Under the pieces are notes generated by a model. It saw only the letters and a program-made list of their open reading frames with translations, was not told the origin of the DNA and did no database searches. The position numbers and the translations under genes are program-made. Below are positions 38,433-49,530 of a DNA stretch of 64,000 nt, piece after piece. This DNA is from Trichormus sp. ATA11-4-KO1 (lineage in GTDB: Bacteria; Cyanobacteriota; Cyanobacteriia; Cyanobacteriales; Nostocaceae). Position 1 is the stretch's first letter. Each line of letters opens with the position of its first letter. Location of the stretch: positions 1-64,000 of the forward strand of contig JAHHIM010000001.1 in assembly GCA_019358915.1 (NCBI GenBank). Direction: 5' to 3'.

Positions 38433-38885
38433 ATGACTCCGAATCTTGATTTCGACAACTGTCAACTGAGTTATCCACCTCAACCAGCCCTTGAGCGGAT
38501 CGCGAAAATGAACATCTTCGACACAAGTTGTGCAGGGCATCAGATGCTGGAACACATTGCCAATAAATGGACAATTTTGATTATCTATGCTTTGACACAA
38601 GGGAAGAAAAGATATAGCGAACTCAAGCAACAGATTGTGGGTGTCTCACCTAAAATGTTGATCCAAAATCTCCGAAATTTAGAGCGATGTGGACTGATTA
38701 AGAGAGAGGTCTACCCAACTATTCCTCCACGAGTCGAATACTCACTTACTCCGCTTGGTACTTCTCTTGTAGATCCATTAGCAATACTTGGTGAGTGGGC
38801 GTATCGGCACATTCAAGATGTAAAAACTGCGCTGGAACACTACAACAGCAATCCAAACGCTAATGATTATTGGCAGCCCAAGTAG
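38433..38885 (+). CDS. HxlR-family winged-helix transcriptional regulator
   Basis: IANKWTILII, KRYSELK and REVYPTIPPRVEYSLTPLG motifs; divergent from the oxidoreductase; start uncertain (38433 or 38508). Confidence 0.9.
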   Translation: MTPNLDFDNCQLSYPPQPALERIAKMNIFDTSCAGHQMLEHIANKWTILIIYALTQGKKRYSELKQQIVGVSPKMLIQNLRNLERCGLIKREVYPTIPPRVEYSLTPLGTSLVDPLAILGEWAYRHIQDVKTALEHYNSNPNANDYWQPK

Positions 38886-38958
38886 CTCACATAATGTAAT
38901 TTTTTACTTGTAGTCAAAATTACAAAACTAGAATAAACATCCTTTGATAAGTGCTGTA

Positions 38959-40356
38959 TCATCCCTTGCTAATCAAATTCGCCATTGCTTGCTGTAGATC
39001 ATTCGTCAAGTCAGCAACAGCTTGCCTGGCACCCAAACGATTCTCTTTATACATTGGGTAACGCTCAGAAACCGATATCGGCTCACCGATGGTAATGTTC
39101 ACCCGTTGCTTACCTAGTTGCGGACGCTGATCAGCTTTATCACCTTTAATCCGAGCAATCATCTTCCATAAAATTAAAGTTGTTTCAGCAAACCTTTCTA
39201 CTGTGGGTTTTTCGCGGATATAGTTGCCGGAAACTGCGACAAAACTTTCTACTAACCGCATGTGCCACATTCGGGAATTGGCTTCATCAGCCACGCGATC
39301 GCCTAACGCTTTCTCCACAGGCGACAATGCTTTGATATCTTTAAATTCTTCTCTAAATATATAATTCCAGCCAGCCTGCTCTACCCGGCGACAGCGATCG
39401 CTCAAATTACCTTTCGGCTGTAAATCAAAGTATTCCTCTGATATTTGTAGCGCTGCATTCAATAAAGCTTGCAAACGCATTGCCAAGACTTCATTGCGAT
39501 CGCTGGTTCCCCCTGCTACAGTTTTGGCATCTGGCAAATTTTGATGGTAGAACCTTGTGTAAAACTGTTCCATCAACAACAGTAAATGTTCTGCTAAATT
39601 TAATAGCCGGGGATAAAGTAACTCCAGAGTAGGACTATCCCCTTGCTTGCCTAAATTCACAGCTAAACCACTAGCGGCTTCTAATTCACTTAAAAGATTA
39701 GCGATCGCTTCCCAAGGAGCTGCAACATAATTATATTTAATCCCAACTGGTACAATTAAAACCTGTTCAGAACGTCCCAGCTTGTGCAAATCTTCCGCAC
39801 ACCAAAAGCCTAATTGGGCGATCCCAGGTTCCAGGGGACTGATAATCTCCGATAAACCATTAGTAGCACCTTCTGGCGCGGCAGCCATAGGAAATTTCCC
39901 GTTGGCGAACAAGTCCCGTGCTGAACGTAACCCTGTCCAATCAGCCTTACCTCGTTGGATGGGGGTAGCACCTAAACGCGAAGCCATCCAGCCAACGTGG
40001 GAACCAGCCCATAGAGGAATGCCGCGATCGTAGATAAAATGAGCATGAATCGGCAGTTGTAGCACTTTACCCTGTCGTGCTACTTTTGGCACGAGTTGAG
40101 AAAACAAATAGCCTAAACAAAATGGATCATCTGTTTTGGGATGGCGAAATGCTAGCAAAAAGCGAATTTTACCTGCTTGAAATTGGCGATAAAGATCCAC
40201 CAAAACTTCTAAGTTGTCTGCTTCAATTTGGGTAATAGCTGTTTGCCAACTGATCCAACTGGGTAGTAACAGATGAACAGCTCTCAGAAATACAGGATTG
40301 AGGGCTGGAGGAATGAATTCTAAAGGTGCTTGTGCTTGATAAAGCATATCTGACAA
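38959..40356 (-). CDS. phospholipid/glycerol acyltransferase family protein
   Basis: RHPKTDD (HX4D), APEG and IVPVGIKY motifs. Confidence 0.82.
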   Translation of the reverse strand: MSDMLYQAQAPLEFIPPALNPVFLRAVHLLLPSWISWQTAITQIEADNLEVLVDLYRQFQAGKIRFLLAFRHPKTDDPFCLGYLFSQLVPKVARQGKVLQLPIHAHFIYDRGIPLWAGSHVGWMASRLGATPIQRGKADWTGLRSARDLFANGKFPMAAAPEGATNGLSEIISPLEPGIAQLGFWCAEDLHKLGRSEQVLIVPVGIKYNYVAAPWEAIANLLSELEAASGLAVNLGKQGDSPTLELLYPRLLNLAEHLLLLMEQFYTRFYHQNLPDAKTVAGGTSDRNEVLAMRLQALLNAALQISEEYFDLQPKGNLSDRCRRVEQAGWNYIFREEFKDIKALSPVEKALGDRVADEANSRMWHMRLVESFVAVSGNYIREKPTVERFAETTLILWKMIARIKGDKADQRPQLGKQRVNITIGEPISVSERYPMYKENRLGARQAVADLTNDLQQAMANLISKG

Positions 40357-40509
40357 GGTTATTTTCTCCTAAAGTTCTAGTAAAAACAGGCAGAAAGCTG
40401 AAGACTATCAGTAACAATGAACAATAAATCACAATTTATACTTACTTCATACTTCATCCTTAATACTTCATACTTGAGAAATTAGCAATTTTGGAAAGGT
40501 AATATAACG

Positions 40510-42318
40510 ATGCGACTGTCACACATGTTATTCGTCACACTCCGGGATGATCCAGCTGATGCGGAGATTCCCAGCCATAAATTGTTACTCCGTGCAGGTT
40601 ATATTCGTCGCATCGGTAGCGGTATTTATGCTTATTTACCCTTGATGTGGCGGGTACTACAAAAAGTTTCCCAAGTTGTCCGGGAAGAAATGAACGCCAC
40701 AGGCGCACAAGAATGTCTTTTACCGCAGTTACAACCAGCTGACTTATGGAAGGAGTCGGGACGCTGGGATACCTACACTAAAGCTGAGGGCATTATGTTC
40801 TCCCTCATCGACCGCCGTGAACAACAATTAGGATTAGGGCCAACTCATGAAGAAGTAATTACGACAGTTGCTCGTGATATGATTCGCTCTTATCGTCAAT
40901 TGCCTTTACATCTCTACCAAATTCAAACCAAATTCCGTGATGAAATTCGTCCCCGCTTTGGTTTAATGCGCGGACGAGAATTTATCATGAAGGACGGCTA
41001 CTCTTTCCATGTCGATGAAGCTAGCCTCAAAGAAACTTACCAAGATATGTACCAAGCTTATACCAATATGCTGCGGCGTTCTGGTTTAGCTTTTCGAGCA
41101 GTGGAAGCTGATTCTGGTGCAATAGGTGGTTCTGGTTCTACAGAATTTATGGTGTTGGCGGAAGCTGGTGAAGACGAAGTTCTGTACACCGAAGATGGCA
41201 AATATGCTGCCAACGTAGAAAAAGCAGTTTCTTTACCAATTGATGCAGAATCTTCACGGTTCACAACTTATGAGAAACTCGATACACCTGGAACAGAGAC
41301 GATTGAAAAGCTCTGTCAATTCCTCCAGTGTTCTCCCACCCAAGTGGTGAAAAACGTCCTTTACCAAACAGTTTATGACAATGGGATAACGGTGCTGGTT
41401 CTGGTGAGTATTCGAGGTGATCAGGAAGTAAACGAGGTCAAGTTACAGAATGAATTGACTAAATTAGCTGCTAATTATGGTGCTAAAACTATCATTGCCT
41501 TAAATGTACCAAATGCCGAAACCCAACAAACATGGGCAGCTAAATCTCTACCTCTAGGTTACATTGCGCCTGATATTGCAGATGAGTATATTGCTGCCAA
41601 TAAACAGTTCTATTCCCAGTTTGTCCGGTTAGTTGACCAAACAACTGTTGATTTAAAAAACTTCGTGACAGGCGCAAATGAAACTGGCTATCACGTAGTT
41701 GGTGCTAATTGGGGTGAGCAATTTAAACTACCAGGACTAATAGTAGATGTGCGGAAAGCAAGGCCAGGCGATCGCGCTATGCATAACCCCGAACAAACCC
41801 TTGCAACCGCCCGTGGAATAGAAGTTGGGCATATATTTCAACTGGGTACAAAATATTCCCAAGCTATGGGTGCAACGTATACCAATGAACAAGGTGAAGA
41901 AAAACCCCTATTCATGGGTTGCTATGGAGTAGGTGTATCTAGGTTGGCACAATCGGCTGTGGAGCAATCTTACGACAAAGACGGCATTATATGGCCAGTT
42001 GCGATCGCACCTTATCACGCGATCGTCACAATTCCTAACATTAATGATGCTCAACAAGTCACAATTGCCGAAAAACTCTACACTGAACTTAACAAAGCAG
42101 GTGTAGAAACATTACTTGATGACCGTGATGAACGGGCGGGAGTAAAATTCAAAGATGCCGATTTAATTGGTATACCTTACCGAATAGTTACAGGTAGGGC
42201 GATTAACAATGGTAAAGTCGAAGTAGTCAAACGCGCCACCCGTGAAATCCAAGAAATAGCCATTGAGGCAGTTATCAATACACTGCAACAATGGATTAAA
42301 GAAGCAATAGAAGCATAA
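40510..42318 (+). CDS. proS: prolyl-tRNA synthetase
   Basis: [35 protein letters not shown] and GCYGVGVSR motifs. Confidence 0.98.
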   Translation: MRLSHMLFVTLRDDPADAEIPSHKLLLRAGYIRRIGSGIYAYLPLMWRVLQKVSQVVREEMNATGAQECLLPQLQPADLWKESGRWDTYTKAEGIMFSLIDRREQQLGLGPTHEEVITTVARDMIRSYRQLPLHLYQIQTKFRDEIRPRFGLMRGREFIMKDGYSFHVDEASLKETYQDMYQAYTNMLRRSGLAFRAVEADSGAIGGSGSTEFMVLAEAGEDEVLYTEDGKYAANVEKAVSLPIDAESSRFTTYEKLDTPGTETIEKLCQFLQCSPTQVVKNVLYQTVYDNGITVLVLVSIRGDQEVNEVKLQNELTKLAANYGAKTIIALNVPNAETQQTWAAKSLPLGYIAPDIADEYIAANKQFYSQFVRLVDQTTVDLKNFVTGANETGYHVVGANWGEQFKLPGLIVDVRKARPGDRAMHNPEQTLATARGIEVGHIFQLGTKYSQAMGATYTNEQGEEKPLFMGCYGVGVSRLAQSAVEQSYDKDGIIWPVAIAPYHAIVTIPNINDAQQVTIAEKLYTELNKAGVETLLDDRDERAGVKFKDADLIGIPYRIVTGRAINNGKVEVVKRATREIQEIAIEAVINTLQQWIKEAIEA

Positions 42319-42554
42319 AACACAACTCTTGTGAGGCAGGCAGCATATGGCTACGCCACGCGAGCTATCGACTAAGCTCACGCCAAGTCTTGCCTGCCAT
42401 AAATACGCCTTAGGGACTGGGTTTTTATCACTCACCCTGATAGAGATAGAATTATACCGATTTTTCATCCTTAAGTTTCTGGTTTTGCGAAGTTAATTTT
42501 TTCATAATAGCAACAGCTTTTCCGCAGTCAAGGAATGAAAACACAAGGAGAAAG

Positions 42555-43085
42555 ATGATTATGGGTCTGTTTGACCAAATTATTGGTGCTGTTAGCAATC
42601 CCAATCAACAAGCTAGTCTAGGTCAACTGGGCAGTATTATTAACACTGTTAATCAGCTGAGTAATGCCACTGGTACAAATCCTGCAACCATGCAATCTGT
42701 TGTCGGTGTAGTAGGTAACTATGTACGTTCTGCTTTACAACAGAAGCAAGCCACAGAGGGTAATGAAGCAACCCAAGCATTGGTTAATCAATATGCTGGG
42801 ACTTCTTCTAACCCTCAAGCCGTCAGTTCCTTGTTTCCCCCTCAAATCCAACAGCAGGTAGCACAGGTAGCTTCCCAATATACAGGACTAGATGCTGGTA
42901 CAGTTATGCAATTATTACCTGTGATTGTGCCTCTAGTATTGAATTTATTGCAATCTGGTGCTAATGCCCAAAATCCCCGATCTGGTGGAAATTCTGTATT
43001 GAATTCTTTCTTAGATGCCAACGGGGATGGAGATGTCAATATTGCCGACGCTATTCAACTGTTTAGTAGATATGTTGGTAGGTAG
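42555..43085 (+). CDS. DUF937-like protein with C-terminal EF-hand-like loop
   Basis: MGLFDQIIGA start and LDANGDGDVNIAD loop. Confidence 0.7.
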   Translation: MIMGLFDQIIGAVSNPNQQASLGQLGSIINTVNQLSNATGTNPATMQSVVGVVGNYVRSALQQKQATEGNEATQALVNQYAGTSSNPQAVSSLFPPQIQQQVAQVASQYTGLDAGTVMQLLPVIVPLVLNLLQSGANAQNPRSGGNSVLNSFLDANGDGDVNIADAIQLFSRYVGR

Positions 43086-43930
43086 TCAGGAAAAATTGTA
43101 ATTTACTCCAATACCTTTGCCAATTTACGAGGGTTGAACAGATGTAGAGCATTGTGAATGTTAACCCTGATAGTTTAATTGGGGTTAACTGTAAAGCAAG
43201 AATTTTTCCCTTAAAATGCAGTTTTCAGGTAGGAATTACCAGGTAATCTTATGGGTTGAAGCACTGATCACCATAGCAACCACAAATGAGCAATTAATTA
43301 TTAATATAATATAATTTCTAGATTAGTAATTAGTTCAACCTCAAGACATATAATACTAAATTGGAAATCCTGGGAATATGTAGAATCGATAAATTAAACT
43401 TAGAAAATTGGCATTTTTTACTATAAATTTTTGTAAAATATATTTCAGATTTTGGCTATCTCAGGAACTTCTCAATGAGAATTTGATTTCTATCTGAAAA
43501 GAGTAGATTTAAAGAGCAAGCAAAAGTATACAGAAGTTTAGATACTTCATACCTATGGATATTTAATTTCACCAACTAAGGAGGATGTGTAAAACTTACC
43601 GAAAGCCTTCTAGTATCAATATTTCCAGAAACGATTATATTTACATTAAGATTCAGATGACGGAATATAACTGTCAACTTAAAATTAAAGATGAGATAAA
43701 GTTACTATGGATGCAAGATGACAAATTGCTAAAATAGCTTAATCAAGAAGAGTCCTATCTAAAGAATCCAAGATTGGTATTGAATTAAACAAAATATCAA
43801 GTGAGAAAAATTTTCACAAATCAAGGCATCTCTGGATTTTAAGAAACTCCCCACGCATCAATATCGTCTTTAACCAGGCTGCTCCTCTGAACCACACTAT
43901 TTCAGTCCTCAGTCAAGTAAGGTTTTAAAT

Positions 43931-44542
43931 ATGAAAGACCAACAAGGATCTAACCGTATTTCTTCAGGTGTAATTGCAGCCGTTTCCGCAGCAGTTGTCG
44001 CGGTGGGTGGTGGCGTAGCTTGGCTGACTGCCAACACTAACCAGTCTCCTACACCAACCAGCCCCTCTCAAACCATCAAACCCCCCAGCCAGCCATCAAC
44101 GACCCAGCCAGGTCAAGAGCAAACTGCTAATATTTATTGGCTCAAACCAAGGGCACAAAATATTGATTTGGTTCCTCAGCCAGTTCAAATCGCTGCTACA
44201 CAGCCCAACCAAGTTTTGGAAAAGGCTTTCCAAGCTTTATTAGCAGGGCCAACAGAAGGGACAGATTCTACAACCATTCCCCAAGGAACCAAGTTGCTGG
44301 GGCTGAAAGTAGAAAATGATGAAGTTCACGTTGATTTATCTGAAGATTTTACTCAGGGTGGTGGTAGTACCTCAATGGTTGCCCGTATCGGACAAGTTGT
44401 TTATACCGCGACAACTTTAGATCCCAATGCCAAAGTTTACATTGATGTCAATGGGCAACAATTGGACGTTTTAGGTGGTGAAGGCGTAGAGTTGCAACAG
44501 CCATTGACTCGTAAAAGCTTTGAGCAAAACTATCCGCTTTGA
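43931..44542 (+). CDS. GerMN-domain protein
   Basis: TM anchor; LLAGPT, TTIPQGTKLL, VDLSEDF and GGGSTS..ARIGQVVYTAT motifs. Confidence 0.88.
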   Translation: MKDQQGSNRISSGVIAAVSAAVVAVGGGVAWLTANTNQSPTPTSPSQTIKPPSQPSTTQPGQEQTANIYWLKPRAQNIDLVPQPVQIAATQPNQVLEKAFQALLAGPTEGTDSTTIPQGTKLLGLKVENDEVHVDLSEDFTQGGGSTSMVARIGQVVYTATTLDPNAKVYIDVNGQQLDVLGGEGVELQQPLTRKSFEQNYPL

Positions 44543-44588
44543 TACAGTTATCAGTTATCAGTAGACAAACTGATAACTGGTAACTGAC

Positions 44589-44957
44589 TTAGTTTTTGTT
44601 ACTCAGCACGCGAAAACTGCGGGCTTGTTTTTCTAGCCTTGTGGCCAGGCGATCGCATACCCGATTACATAATTCAAAAATCATTTGATCTTCTACCCGG
44701 TAGTAAGCGCAAGTCCCTTCACTGCGGCGGCTAAGAATTCCTGCTTGCCACATTACCTTCAGGTGTTTAGACACATTTGCTTGCGAAGTCTGTGTTGCCT
44801 CTACCAATTCTTGCACACATTTTTCTTCTCTACGAGACGCTGCGCGAACATCCCGTAATAAGTGCAGTAGCCGTAGACGCATTGGTTCACTTAACAGGCT
44901 AAAGTATTCGGCCACTTGTTACACCACTTCCGGTGGTACAGGCAACGCTTGTTTCAT
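44589..44957 (-). pseudogene. ArsR/SmtB-family regulator with premature stop and 21-bp insertion
   Basis: ATG 44957 reads MKQALPVPPEVV*QVAEYFSLLSEPMRLRLL with TAA at 44919-44921; HTH SQANVSKHLK; could restart at GTG 44915. Confidence 0.75.
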
Positions 44958-45038
44958 CAGGATTGACCCGCAAGAACAGACAGTTTGACCAATGACTCAT
45001 TTTGATCACAATGACTCATTTGATATATAGATTAATAC

Positions 45039-45596
45039 TTAATCAGGGTTAATTCGCATCAAAGGCTGACCATATTCTACCGGTTCGCCATTTTGGAGGA
45101 GAATTTCCATTACTTGTCCAGATACCTCAGCTTCAATTTCATTCATCAGCTTCATAGCTTCAATGATACAGACTGTTTGACCACTGCGGACGCGATCGCC
45201 CACTTCCACAAATGGTGCTTCACCTGGTGCAGGAGCGCGATAAAACGTTCCTACCATCGGGGAAGGCACTTCCACAAGTCTTTTATCAATCGTTGATGGC
45301 GGATTGGCTGATAACTGCACACTAGAACTAGTTAGGGCATTATCCGAGGTGCGACTTGTTCCCACCTCCATTGCCTGATTTGGTGCTGCTTGGGTTCCCA
45401 TTGGGGAAACCGATGTCAATCCCGAACCAACCACACCGCTTAAAGCTGCTTGACTAACTGACACCATATGATTGCTGAAACTAACAGATTTACGTACCGT
45501 TAGTTCAAAGTCATCACTTTTGAGCGTTACTTCTGCAATATCTGTTTGTGCAATAGTTGCCAGCAGTTGGCGAATTTCATTAAAGTCCAATGACAC
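45039..45596 (-). CDS. accB: acetyl-CoA carboxylase biotin carboxyl carrier protein
   Basis: SPMVGTFYRAP and EAMKLMNEI biotinylation motif. Confidence 0.96.
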   Translation of the reverse strand: MSLDFNEIRQLLATIAQTDIAEVTLKSDDFELTVRKSVSFSNHMVSVSQAALSGVVGSGLTSVSPMGTQAAPNQAMEVGTSRTSDNALTSSSVQLSANPPSTIDKRLVEVPSPMVGTFYRAPAPGEAPFVEVGDRVRSGQTVCIIEAMKLMNEIEAEVSGQVMEILLQNGEPVEYGQPLMRINPD

Positions 45597-45706
45597 AGTT
45601 TTTATTACCTCGACCTAACCGTAAATTAATAATTTTTAAGTGTGGCAGGGATTTAATCCCTAATACAGGGACTGAATCGGAATTTGCTCTGAGATTGAGA
45701 TCAAAC

Positions 45707-46264
45707 TTATTCCCTACCTAAGTATTTGTCTTCACGGGTATCAATACGAATACGTTCCCCTTGAGCAACAAATAATGGAACCATCACAGTTGCTCCGGTT
45801 TCCAGAATAGCTGGTTTAGTCCCACCTGTAGCTGTATCACCTTTGATACCTGGATCTGTTTCTACAATTTCCAAAACTACAGAGTTGGGCAGTTCCACTT
45901 CTAGCACTTGCTCACCCCAACGAATCACGTTGGCTTCCATGCCTTCTTTGAGATATTTAACGCGATCGCCAATTTGGGCTGCGCTTAATCTGTTTTCTTC
46001 GTAGGTTTCCATATCCATAAAGACAAACTCATCGCCTTCTTTATAGGTATGCTGCATCGTGCTTTTTTCCAGAGTAGCTTGTGGCACAGTTTCTCCGGCT
46101 CGGAACGTTTTTTCGACAACGCTCCCTGTTTGGACACTTTTCAGTTTTGTCCGCACAAAAGCAGAGCCTTTACCTGGCTTAACGTGGAGGAATTCCACCA
46201 CTCGCCATACAGACCCATCTAATACAATTGAGACACCGGGTCGAAAGTCGTTACTAGAAATCAT
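45707..46264 (-). CDS. efp: elongation factor P
   Basis: [14 protein letters not shown] and [11 protein letters not shown] motifs; ATG 46264. Confidence 0.97.
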   Translation of the reverse strand: MISSNDFRPGVSIVLDGSVWRVVEFLHVKPGKGSAFVRTKLKSVQTGSVVEKTFRAGETVPQATLEKSTMQHTYKEGDEFVFMDMETYEENRLSAAQIGDRVKYLKEGMEANVIRWGEQVLEVELPNSVVLEIVETDPGIKGDTATGGTKPAILETGATVMVPLFVAQGERIRIDTREDKYLGRE

Positions 46265-46566
46265 GAAGCTTTCAAATTTTGGAAGACAATCGGCATTTAT
46301 TGTACCCTTCAAGGGTCGTAATTAGTCATTAATCATCAAGGAATTAGTCAAGTGATTGGGGACTGAGGACTGGAGACTGGGGACTGGTTGGGAATTTGGG
46401 GTTTTCTCATCCCAAATCCTTAATTTTTAGATTACTCAGGAAATAAGAAAGCACGGGCTATAAGTGCAGCTGTGCCCGCAGGGCTTTACAGCACTCGTAC
46501 TGTGGGAAGATGATTGATGGGTTACGCCTAGTGAACAATTTGATGCTGCATTTGAGCCATCCCACC

Positions 46567-47673
46567 ATGTTGAACATATTAAAATCCTGGCTGAAGAACA
46601 GCCTCATGGCAATACTGTTGGTAACAATATTTTTAGGCATAAATACAGCTAGCTGGACTCCCTCCAGTAACGCTGCTCTACCATCTGGAAATGCAATTAC
46701 CGATGGCAAAGCCTTGTTACGTTATGCACTCCCGATAGAGAATCAACCAGTACGGCAACTGCAAGCCAGTTTAGAAGACATTTCCACCCAACTGCGGGCG
46801 AATCGGCGGTGGGGTGCTATCTCCAAAGACCTCAGTAAAGCATCCCGCCTACTCGATAAACCTTCCCAAATCCTAGCAAGCGTTCCCGCAGAACGCCAAC
46901 CTCAAGCCGAAGCTTGGATTGCTGAGTTAAAATCCGGCGTCGATTCATTGCAAGAATCGGTAAAAGCCAAAGACAAAGAACAAATTCTTGAAGGTAGAAA
47001 TAAACTCCTGAATCTCGTCACCCAGTTGGAAGAGTCGATGGTGACAGAATTTCCCTTTGAAGTGCCTGCTGAATACAGTAACCTGCCACAACTCAAAGGT
47101 CGTGCCACTGTGGAAATTAAAACTAATAAAGGCGACCTAACCGTTGTGGTAGATGGTTATAGTGCCCCTGTCACAGCTGGTAATTTTGTAGATTTAGTCC
47201 AAAGAGGTTTTTATAACGGCTTAGAATTCACCCGTTCAGAAGAATCTTATGTACTGCAAACTGGAGATCCACCAGGAAAGGAAGTAGGTTTTATTGATCC
47301 AAAAACTGGCAAATACCGTGCCATTCCTTTAGAAGTTTTAGTTGAAGGCGACACAGAGCCTACTTATGGTATTACCCTCGAACAAGCTGGCCGCTATCTT
47401 GATATGCCAGTTCTGCCTTTTTCTTCCTTCGGTGCATTGGCAATGGCTCGTCCCGAAACAGAAGTAAATGGGGGTTCCTCACAATTTTTCTTTTTTCTCT
47501 TTGAGCCAGAACTCACCCCCGCAGGACGCAACCTATTGGATGGTCGTTATGCCGTTTTTGGCTATCTCACCGAGGGCAAAGAAATTTTGGATAAGTTGAA
47601 GGAAGGTGACAAAATCGAATCGGCAACTGTAGTTCAGGGAATAGAAAATTTAGTTGCACCGCCAGCAGTGTAA
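46567..47673 (+). CDS. cyclophilin-type peptidyl-prolyl isomerase (TLP40/CYP38-like)
   Basis: ALLRYALPI, DGYSAPVTAGNFVDLV, SSQFF and LDGRYAVFGY motifs. Confidence 0.9.
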   Translation: MLNILKSWLKNSLMAILLVTIFLGINTASWTPSSNAALPSGNAITDGKALLRYALPIENQPVRQLQASLEDISTQLRANRRWGAISKDLSKASRLLDKPSQILASVPAERQPQAEAWIAELKSGVDSLQESVKAKDKEQILEGRNKLLNLVTQLEESMVTEFPFEVPAEYSNLPQLKGRATVEIKTNKGDLTVVVDGYSAPVTAGNFVDLVQRGFYNGLEFTRSEESYVLQTGDPPGKEVGFIDPKTGKYRAIPLEVLVEGDTEPTYGITLEQAGRYLDMPVLPFSSFGALAMARPETEVNGGSSQFFFFLFEPELTPAGRNLLDGRYAVFGYLTEGKEILDKLKEGDKIESATVVQGIENLVAPPAV

Positions 47674-47681
47674 AATTTAGT

Positions 47682-47731
47682 TCGTAGTAAGCACTTTAGT
47701 GCTGAATAAGGCGCTAAAGCACCTACTACGA
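47682..47731. repeat. palindromic intergenic element between convergent genes
   Basis: TCGTAGTAAGCACTTTAGTGC ... GCGCTAAAGCACCTACTACGA imperfect inverted repeat. Confidence 0.6.
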
Positions 47732-47743
47732 GCTAAGATTAAA

Positions 47744-48316
47744 TTAGCCAAGATTACCTGCGTCTAAAACCTGTGTAACAGCGATCGCTAGTTCTGGAAA
47801 AGTTCGCGATATAATTAACTGGCTGGCAGTAAAAACCATTTCTTCGTACAGTCCCTCCTCCAGCAACAAAACAGAAATCTTTGCTGCTTGAGGGTCTACA
47901 ATCCAATATTCAGGAACTTCCAAAGCTGCATATTCAGACCGCTTATAGCGATAGTCCCGTTTTACCGACTCTGGATTGACCACCTCTACAATTAATAAGG
48001 GAGGTGACAGAAATACTGCGGAAACATTCATCAATTCTCGCGCCTGCTCCAGCGTCACTACACACAAGTCAGTCAACCGAGATTTATTTCTACCCGTTCT
48101 TACACCACTTTCCCGAAGACACAGCCAAGGTAAGCTACAACGTTTGATTTCTGCTTTCAGCGCAGTGTCTAAGAAATCAACAATCAGAAAATGTTGAATA
48201 GTTGGTGGATTCATTAACTCTAACCTGCCATCCACCAATTCATCATGAGAACCGTTACCATCATCATAAGTTAAATACTCCTCAAACTTGATGCTGGTTA
48301 CTGGTGTAGTGACCAT
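47744..48316 (-). CDS. Uma2-family (DUF820) putative endonuclease
   Basis: ELVDGRL, PLLIVEVVNP, DYRYKRSEYA and EYWIVDP motifs. Confidence 0.9.
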   Translation of the reverse strand: MVTTPVTSIKFEEYLTYDDGNGSHDELVDGRLELMNPPTIQHFLIVDFLDTALKAEIKRCSLPWLCLRESGVRTGRNKSRLTDLCVVTLEQARELMNVSAVFLSPPLLIVEVVNPESVKRDYRYKRSEYAALEVPEYWIVDPQAAKISVLLLEEGLYEEMVFTASQLIISRTFPELAIAVTQVLDAGNLG

Positions 48317-48388
48317 CCCAACTGACTCCTAGACGATACCTTTATCCTAACTTGGGGGAGTGGGGAGATGAGGGAGTGAGGGAAATAA

Positions 48389-48422
48389 CCAATGCCCAAT
48401 GCCCAATGCCCAATGCCCAATG
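48389..48422. repeat. STRR heptamer tandem repeat (CCAATGC)n
   Basis: Four to five units directly before the thiL ATG. Similar heptamer arrays occur at ~32285, ~44545, ~46358, ~54312 and ~54815. Confidence 0.8.
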
Positions 48423-49430
48423 ACTAAAGTTCAAGATATTGGCGAACAAGGTCTTTTAGAAAGATTGCAGCGCTTTTGTCCCCCAGAGATGATTGGGGAT
48501 GATGCAGCAGTACTTTCAACTTCACCAGGGCAATCTTTGGTGGTGACAACAGATGTGTTGGTGGATGGAGTGCATTTTAGTCATGTCACTACATCTCCAG
48601 AAGATGCTGGTTGGCGAGCTGCGGCTGCTAATTTATCCGATTTGGCAGCAATGGGGGCTTCGCCTTTGGGAATTACCGTCGGGTTGGGACTTCCTGGAGA
48701 AGTTAGCGTCAGTTGGGTGGAATGCTTATACCAGGGAATGACAGAATGCCTGCAAAAATACCATACCCCAATACTTGGTGGTGATGTCGTGCGATCGCCT
48801 GTGACGACTTTAGCAATCACCGCTTTTGGTCAAGCGCATCCTCATCAGATTATCCGCCGCTCTACGGCTCAAGTAGGAGATGCGATCGTCATCACAGGTG
48901 TGCATGGAGCCTCCCATGCTGGGTTACAACTGCTCTTGCATCCCGAATTCAAGCAAAACCTCACTGATGCAGAACAAACCACTTTAATCAAAGCCCACCA
49001 GCGCCCAAAACCAAGATTAGATGTCCTACCTATCCTCTGGCAAATTCTAGAATACCCCCCATCTCCCCACTTCCCCATCGCCGGTATGGATAGCAGCGAT
49101 GGTTTAGCAGATGCTATTTGCCAAATCTGCCGTGCCAGTGGTGTTGGTGCTATCTTAGAATTTAACCAAATTCCTTTACCAGAAAGTTTTCATCACTGGC
49201 TGACACCAGAAACAGCATTAAAATATGCCCTCTACGGTGGCGAAGACTTTGAATTAGTGCTTTGTTTACCAGAATCACCAGCCATTACTCTAGTTCAACA
49301 ATTAGGTCAAGGCGCAGCTATTATTGGTACCATCACAGATAGTTCACAAGTACTATTAAAAGATAGAAATACAAAATTCCCCGACCAAGTTTTAAATCTT
49401 AGTCAGGGATTCCAACATTTTGGCCAATAG
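48420..49430 (+). CDS. thiL: thiamine-monophosphate kinase
   Basis: IGDDAA, NLSDLAAMGA, GGD, MDSSDGL and GGEDFEL motifs. Confidence 0.95.
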   Translation: MTKVQDIGEQGLLERLQRFCPPEMIGDDAAVLSTSPGQSLVVTTDVLVDGVHFSHVTTSPEDAGWRAAAANLSDLAAMGASPLGITVGLGLPGEVSVSWVECLYQGMTECLQKYHTPILGGDVVRSPVTTLAITAFGQAHPHQIIRRSTAQVGDAIVITGVHGASHAGLQLLLHPEFKQNLTDAEQTTLIKAHQRPKPRLDVLPILWQILEYPPSPHFPIAGMDSSDGLADAICQICRASGVGAILEFNQIPLPESFHHWLTPETALKYALYGGEDFELVLCLPESPAITLVQQLGQGAAIIGTITDSSQVLLKDRNTKFPDQVLNLSQGFQHFGQ

Positions 49431-49530
49431 CTAAGAAAAACCAGAGCTATAAGTTAAGCTTCCTAGCTGAAGGCGACTGGCTTTGAAAAGTCAACAGATT
49501 ACTTTATCGTTCTTGACTAATGACTAATAA

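Noticed and set aside
48399..48419. N-terminal extensions MPNAQCP (thiL) and MSNAPCPMP (ybaB ORF at 54316)
   Set aside because: They are translations of STRR heptamer repeats; the downstream ATGs match the expected protein starts.
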